From IMG/VR virus record IMGVR_UViG_2698536313_000022, positions 1-2,754 of that record: 2,754 bases of DNA; one strand, 5' to 3'. The position numbers and the translations under genes were made by a program. Below the pieces are notes generated by a model, which was not told the DNA's origin, ran no database searches, and worked only from the letters and a program-made list of their open reading frames with translations. Source of the stretch: a virus. Lineage: Duplodnaviria; Heunggongvirae; Uroviricota; Caudoviricetes. Below, one piece after another: positions 1 through 2,754 of this stretch (within the stretch, counting starts at the first letter, position 1; every line of letters starts with the position of its first letter).

Positions 1-201
1 TTACCCATTGGCGCGGCTTAAGAGCTTATTTTTGAATTCACAATGGTCACGATATAACCATCTTGCTCGACCGTGGATAACTTTGGCTTTTGGCAGGTCG
101 CCGGACTTAATCCGGTCGTAGATGAAGGTTTTACCAAAGCCAGTATCGGCCATGATGAATTTCAAATCAACCAGTGAATCAGGTTGTAGTTCGTGTTGCA
201 T
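1..201 (-). CDS. AlpA/Xis-like excisionase-family DNA-binding protein (66 aa, complete)
   Basis: Complete ORF from ATG (201..199) to TAA (3..1), with GGAG 9 nt upstream of the ATG. The translation ...LVDLKFIMADTGFGKTFIYDRIKSGDLPKAKVIHGRARWLYRDHCEF... fits the winged-HTH signature recalled for the phage AlpA / P4 Vis family (TG-x-S/G-x-x-T-IY-x-x-I-x-x-G-x-F/LP-x-P/A-x-K/V-x-G-R-x-x-W-x-x-x-E/D-x-x-x-F/W). Its position at the end of an ea-type module is where xis/alpA normally sits next to int. Confidence 0.7.
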   Translation of the reverse strand: MQHELQPDSLVDLKFIMADTGFGKTFIYDRIKSGDLPKAKVIHGRARWLYRDHCEFKNKLLSRANG

Positions 202-240
202 GAGTGCTATCTCCGAATAGGGAATCGAACCTGCAAATCA

Positions 241-270
241 GGCAAGAAAAAACCGCCATCAGGCGGCTTG
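241..270 (-). terminator. Rho-independent terminator downstream of the zinc-ribbon gene
   Basis: Read on the minus strand: 5'-AAGCCGCC-UGAU-GGCGGUU-3' followed by UUUUUUCUU. The core is a 5-bp GC stem (CCGCC/GGCGG), extendable by G-U and A-U pairs, with a 4-nt loop and a T-tract. It lies about 64 nt after the stop at 333. The plus-strand reading has a poorer T-tract, so it is mainly unidirectional. Confidence 0.65.
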
Positions 271-332
271 GTGTTCTTTCAGTTCTTCAATTCGAATATT
301 GGTTACATTGTTTTCATATATGAATAAATAAA

Positions 333-512
333 TTAGCTTTTTTCGTTGCCTTCGCGTTCTTTATTAATTTTGACAAAATCGTTTTTACCACGCTCTCCAA
401 ATGCGTCTTTAGAGTCGTTGTATCCGCAATCGCAGCACACATAATCATCAGACCATCCACGCATTGTTTTTTCTTTTGCAATATTTCCAGAACCGCATTT
501 TGGACAAGACAT
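333..512 (-). CDS. Small stand-alone zinc-ribbon protein (59 aa; CPKC-x22-CCDC), function unknown
   Basis: ATG at 512..510 is preceded by GGAGG with a 7-nt spacer (minus strand ...TTTGGAGGTAGTGATATG); stop TAA at 335..333. Translation MSCPKCGSGNIAKEKTMRGWSDDYVCCDCGYNDSKDAFGERGKNDFVKINKEREGNEKS has two Cys pairs spaced as a zinc ribbon and a Lys/Glu-rich tail. The TTG start at 545 given by the ORF track has no Shine-Dalgarno and is probably not used. Hand count gives about 39% GC for this gene versus roughly 53-57% in sampled stretches of the neighbouring 609..1256 gene. Confidence 0.65.
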   Translation of the reverse strand: MSCPKCGSGNIAKEKTMRGWSDDYVCCDCGYNDSKDAFGERGKNDFVKINKEREGNEKS

Positions 513-608
513 ATCACTACCTCCAAAGCATGAGAGAGATGACAACGTAACATTGATTGGAGATTAACAATAGATTGCTGATGTAAAAGATATGTATAAG
601 CTTAGCTA

Positions 609-1256
609 TCAAAGGGGAGGCTCTGGTAGCGGCATCCAGTGTGACGGTTTCCACGACGCACCAGGAATTATCCACCCATCATTAGCGTCAGGATGCCCCG
701 GGATGTAAGTCGCCCATTTCATTCGCCAGTCACCTTTCCTGTCAAACTCCCTGGCAACAAGAACGGCTGTTTTGGTATCCGGCATTCGCTCACTACAGCT
801 TATCCAACCATCAGGAGTTACCGGAGAGTTGCCGGGTTCTTTAATGTGCAAGCGAGGCTCACCATCTTTTGGCTCAGGCCACTGGCGCTCCATGTTGATC
901 TTCAATTTATCTTCCATAGCAACGTTAATTTCAGCATCGCTGATGCCAGCACGGCGCTGTGCATCCCACAACAGAAACTGCATATCAGCCCACTCGCTAA
1001 GATCGTCTGGTTCGGCTGCGGCTTCCAGTGCCTCTTTTGAGAGATGTTTCAGCGGACCAATGGGGCCAACGCAGCCAAATGTGGAGTCAGACCATTTGGC
1101 ATGCTCGTGGCGAATCTGTTCGCGTTCCAGTGATGCCAGCGCAATTCGTGCCAGTTCTTCCGCTTCTTCTGCTGGCAGTACAACGTTGCTACCCGGTCCG
1201 TATGTTTCGCGCCACTGCTGGATTGTCAGCAGGCGTTCTTTGGTAATAGTGGTCAT
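609..1256 (-). CDS. Phage DUF550 (dATP/dGTP pyrophosphohydrolase-like, MazG-type all-alpha NTP-PPase) / DUF551 fusion protein (215 aa)
   Basis: ATG at 1256..1254 lies 2 nt after the upstream gene's TAG (minus strand TAGCTATG), with AAGGTG 6 nt upstream. The N-terminal about 130 aa are acidic and helical (EEAEELARIALASLEREQ..., LSEWADMQFLLWDAQRRAGISDAEINVAMEDKLKINMERQ), consistent with prophage DUF550 proteins. The C-terminal about 70 aa (DGWISCSERMPDTKTAVLV...WMPLPEPP) match the DUF551 motif pattern I recall from enterobacterial prophages. Assignment is by pattern recognition, not a computed alignment. Confidence 0.75.
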   Translation of the reverse strand: MTTITKERLLTIQQWRETYGPGSNVVLPAEEAEELARIALASLEREQIRHEHAKWSDSTFGCVGPIGPLKHLSKEALEAAAEPDDLSEWADMQFLLWDAQRRAGISDAEINVAMEDKLKINMERQWPEPKDGEPRLHIKEPGNSPVTPDGWISCSERMPDTKTAVLVAREFDRKGDWRMKWATYIPGHPDANDGWIIPGASWKPSHWMPLPEPPL

Positions 1257-1258
1257 AG

Positions 1259-1450
1259 CTATTTCACCTTAATCTCAACATTTCGCAGCTTTAGCTCTAC
1301 TGGCAGGTCTGACTTTCCGGTTAATGCTAATGCGAGATTTTCTGGAGTAATGAGAGCAGTTATTGTTTTCCCCCTCGCCAGACGAATAATCATTCGTATC
1401 TCGCAATCGTCACATGCTCCCGGTCGAACAATTGAGATTTGTCCGTTCAT
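1259..1450 (-). CDS. Hypothetical small protein (63 aa), no family recognised
   Basis: ATG at 1450..1448 is preceded by a near-consensus Shine-Dalgarno (minus strand AAAGGAGAGTGAGATG, 6-nt spacer) that overlaps the last codons and TGA stop of the upstream Ead-like gene (TGA-G-ATG). Stop TAG at 1261..1259 is 2 nt before the next start. Translation MNGQISIVRPGACDDCEIRMIIRLARGKTITALITPENLALALTGKSDLPVELKLRNVEIKVK. The longer 117-aa version in the ORF track would overlap the Ead gene out of frame and lacks an RBS. Confidence 0.6.
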   Translation of the reverse strand: MNGQISIVRPGACDDCEIRMIIRLARGKTITALITPENLALALTGKSDLPVELKLRNVEIKVK

Positions 1451-1451
1451 C

Positions 1452-2222
1452 TCACTCTCCTTTGATGCGAATGCCAGCGGCGCGCTCGGCTTCACTTTGT
1501 TCCCAAAACCACTTGTGAAGCGCCATAAGCTTTTCGTCAATCGGTGCATATTTGCGATTAAAGTAGGCCTGAGCATCTTTCTCAGATTCGTCCGGTAATT
1601 CGCCAGGGCCAAACAGTGTGTTATAAATCCATGCTAGTCCGCTCTTAGCGTCGCCAGTTGCCTGCCATTCGATAATGGCAGCCTGCATGACCAGAATGTT
1701 TTTCCCGATTAACAGGTCCAGTTCTTTGTACCGGTTGCGGATGTATGCATTCTCGCTTTGTAATTTTGCGTTGCGCTTTTCTGAGGCTTCAAGTAACGCC
1801 TGCTTATCGCGTAGCGCTTCTTCCAGTTCAGCAACATGGCATTCGCTATCAATAAGGTTGTTCTCTGCTGCTTCAAGCTCAACACGCAGCTTCCCTACTG
1901 TTAGCGCAATATCCTCGTTCTCCTGGTCACGGCGTTTGATGTATTGCTGGTTTCTTTCCTGTTCATCCAGCAGTGCCAGCACGGTAGCCGGGTTAGCCTC
2001 TGCTATGAATTCAGCGTTTGCATAAGCCTGAGCATCTGATTCAATCAGGCAGTTAACATGACATTCCGCAATCACGCCACCGGGTTCTCCTTTCCATTTT
2101 TGGCAAACAAAAACTCCTGTTAAATTGCCGTGCTGGTTAACAGATGTATGCCCTACGATGTAGCTTCCTTTAGTTGCTTTCTCTGCCTTTTCACGCAGTG
2201 CCTGATAATTAATTTCGCTCAC
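1452..2222 (-). CDS. Ead/Ea22-like family phage protein (256 aa) with central coiled coil
   Basis: GTG start at 2222..2220 overlaps the upstream TGA by 4 nt (GTGA), with AGAGG 6 nt upstream. The N-terminal MSEINYQALREKAEKAT... and the ...ANPATVLALLDEQE... segment resemble conserved Ead/Ea22-like regions. A strongly heptad-like segment follows (LRVELEAAENNLIDSECHVAELEEALRDKQALLEASEKRNAKLQSENAYIRNRYKELDLL), then a distinct C-terminal region. There is no in-frame ATG until about residue 186, so the GTG start is favoured. Confidence 0.75.
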   Translation of the reverse strand: MSEINYQALREKAEKATKGSYIVGHTSVNQHGNLTGVFVCQKWKGEPGGVIAECHVNCLIESDAQAYANAEFIAEANPATVLALLDEQERNQQYIKRRDQENEDIALTVGKLRVELEAAENNLIDSECHVAELEEALRDKQALLEASEKRNAKLQSENAYIRNRYKELDLLIGKNILVMQAAIIEWQATGDAKSGLAWIYNTLFGPGELPDESEKDAQAYFNRKYAPIDEKLMALHKWFWEQSEAERAAGIRIKGE

Positions 2223-2440
2223 TTCGAACCTCTCTGTTTACTGATAAGCTCCAGATCTTGCTGGCAACTGGCACAAGTCCGACAACCCTGAACGGCCAGT
2301 CGTCTTCGTTCATCTATCGGATCGCCACACTCACAACAATGAGTGGCAGATATAGCCTGGTGGTTCAGGCGGCGCATTTTTATTGCTGTGTTGCGCTGTA
2401 ATTCTTCAATTTCTGATGCTGAATCAATTATGTCTGCCAT
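2219..2440 (-). CDS. TraR/DksA-family C4-type zinc-finger protein (73 aa)
   Basis: ATG at 2440..2438, stop TGA at 2221..2219. Translation ...ATHCCECGDPIDERRRLAVQGCRTCASCQ... aligns by eye with the F-plasmid TraR motif CEACGNPIPEARRKIFPGVTLCVECQ (CxxC-x17-CxxC plus the conserved G-P-I-x-E-x-R-R). The Shine-Dalgarno is weak or atypical (AGGGA about 14 nt upstream), so the exact start is less certain than the family call. Confidence 0.8.
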   Translation of the reverse strand: MADIIDSASEIEELQRNTAIKMRRLNHQAISATHCCECGDPIDERRRLAVQGCRTCASCQQDLELISKQRGSK

Positions 2441-2488
2441 CTTTCATTAATCCCTGAATTGTTGGTTAATACGCTTGAGGGTGAATGC

Positions 2489-2518
2489 GAATAATAAAAA
2501 AGGAGCCTGTAGCTCCCT
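2489..2518 (-). terminator. Probable rho-independent terminator after the 71-aa gene
   Basis: Read on the minus strand: 5'-AGGGAGC-UACAG-GCUCCUU-3' running into UUUUUUAUUAUU. The stem is 5-7 bp including one G-U, with a 5-nt loop, and starts about 20 nt after the stop at 2539. The stem is short, so strength is uncertain. Confidence 0.45.
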
Positions 2519-2538
2519 GATGATTTTGCTTTTCATGT

Positions 2539-2754
2539 TCACCGTTCCTTAAAGACGCCGTTCAACATGCCGATCGCCAGGCTTAAATGAGTCGGTGTGA
2601 ATCCCATCAGCGTTACCGTTTCGCGGTGCTTCTTTAGTACGCTACGGCAAATGTCATCGACGTTTTTATCCGGAAACTGCTGTCTGGCTTTTTTGATTTC
2701 AGAATTAGCCTGACGGGCAATGCTGCGAAGGGCGTTTTCTTGCTGAGGTGTCAT
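2539..2754 (-). CDS. Hypothetical small protein (71 aa as seen; start coincides with window edge)
   Basis: ORF with ATG at 2754..2752, the last three bases of the window, and TGA at 2541..2539. Translation MTPQQENALRSIARQANSEIKKARQQFPDKNVDDICRSVLKKHRETVTLMGFTPTHLSLAIGMLNGVFKER has a basic helical N-terminal half and a hydrophobic or amphipathic C-terminal stretch (TLMGFTPTHLSLAIGMLNGVF). The upstream region is not visible, so the true N-terminus and RBS cannot be verified. Confidence 0.5.
   Translation of the reverse strand: MTPQQENALRSIARQANSEIKKARQQFPDKNVDDICRSVLKKHRETVTLMGFTPTHLSLAIGMLNGVFKER

Noticed and set aside
217-240. tRNA T-arm-like motif (minus strand GCAGGTTCGATTCCC) just upstream of the alpA-like start, considered as a possible att or tRNA 3' fragment
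   Set aside because: The flanking bases cannot form a T-stem (only 2 of 5 pairs), and no acceptor stem or CCA-compatible end follows. An att core would also be expected on the far side of the integrase, not between xis/alpA and the ea genes. Most likely a chance match to the GGTTCGATTCC consensus.
314-553. 79-aa ORF (MLRCHLSHALEV...) and the TTG-initiated 70-aa version of the zinc-ribbon ORF (333..545)
   Set aside because: The 79-aa ORF is an alternative frame across the zinc-ribbon gene with no RBS and an odd composition. The TTG at 545 lacks a Shine-Dalgarno, while the ATG at 512 has GGAGG at the right distance.
1259-1612. 117-aa ORF from the track (MALANYRTNLRK...), an N-terminally extended version of the small gene
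   Set aside because: The extension (1451..1612) overlaps the 3' end of the Ead-like gene in another frame and has no Shine-Dalgarno, whereas the internal ATG at 1450 has a near-perfect one. I annotated 1259..1450 instead.
693-2025. Plus-strand ORFs 693..1040, 772..1272, 1028..1246, 1350..1598 and 1675..2025
   Set aside because: All lie antisense to well-supported minus-strand genes, lack convincing ribosome-binding sites, and have low-complexity Ser/Ala/Arg-rich translations typical of shadow ORFs opposite coiled-coil or acidic coding sequence.
2441-2490. Candidate sigma-70 promoter for the TraR-led operon (TATTAA or ATTAAT -10-like hexamers)
   Set aside because: No partner -35 at a 16-18 bp spacing scored better than 2-4 of 6 and the key -10 positions are mismatched, so I did not annotate a promoter. 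Read-through from upstream is the simpler explanation.
2520-2552. Plus-strand 10-codon mini-ORF (MILLFMFTVP) downstream of an AAGGAG
   Set aside because: The AAGGAG is 14 nt from the ATG, which is too far, and it forms one arm of the minus-strand terminator hairpin. The ORF overlaps the stop of the 71-aa gene antisense. It could be a leader peptide only if there were a plus-strand gene, and none exists.
1-2754. CRISPR arrays, IS or transposon ends, rRNA or tRNA genes, and toxin-antitoxin pairs
   Set aside because: No repeat-spacer periodicity, no terminal inverted repeats or transposase-like ORF, and no cloverleaf-capable sequence were found. The small genes do not form an obvious two-gene toxin-antitoxin arrangement, and no member resembles a known toxin fold by eye.

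Overview
This 2.75-kb window carries seven co-directional minus-strand ORFs of phage character and reads as the integrase-proximal 'early-left / exo-xis (ea)' accessory region of a lambdoid-type enterobacterial prophage. In transcription order (right to left): a 71-aa unknown protein starting at the window edge; an intrinsic terminator; a tightly packed four-gene block (TraR/DksA-family C4 zinc-finger protein, Ead/Ea22-like coiled-coil protein, a 63-aa orphan protein, and a DUF550 (dATP/dGTP pyrophosphohydrolase-like)-DUF551 fusion); a lower-GC stand-alone zinc-ribbon gene; a strong intrinsic terminator; and an AlpA/Xis-like excisionase-family gene at the left edge, with the integrase presumably just beyond position 1. 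I found no rRNA, tRNA, CRISPR array or IS element. The most interesting items are the uncharacterised small proteins embedded in a host-takeover operon and the predicted nucleotide pyrophosphohydrolase. I cannot assign them a function, or show that any novel system is present, without database and structure searches. All family assignments are from reading the supplied translations by eye.
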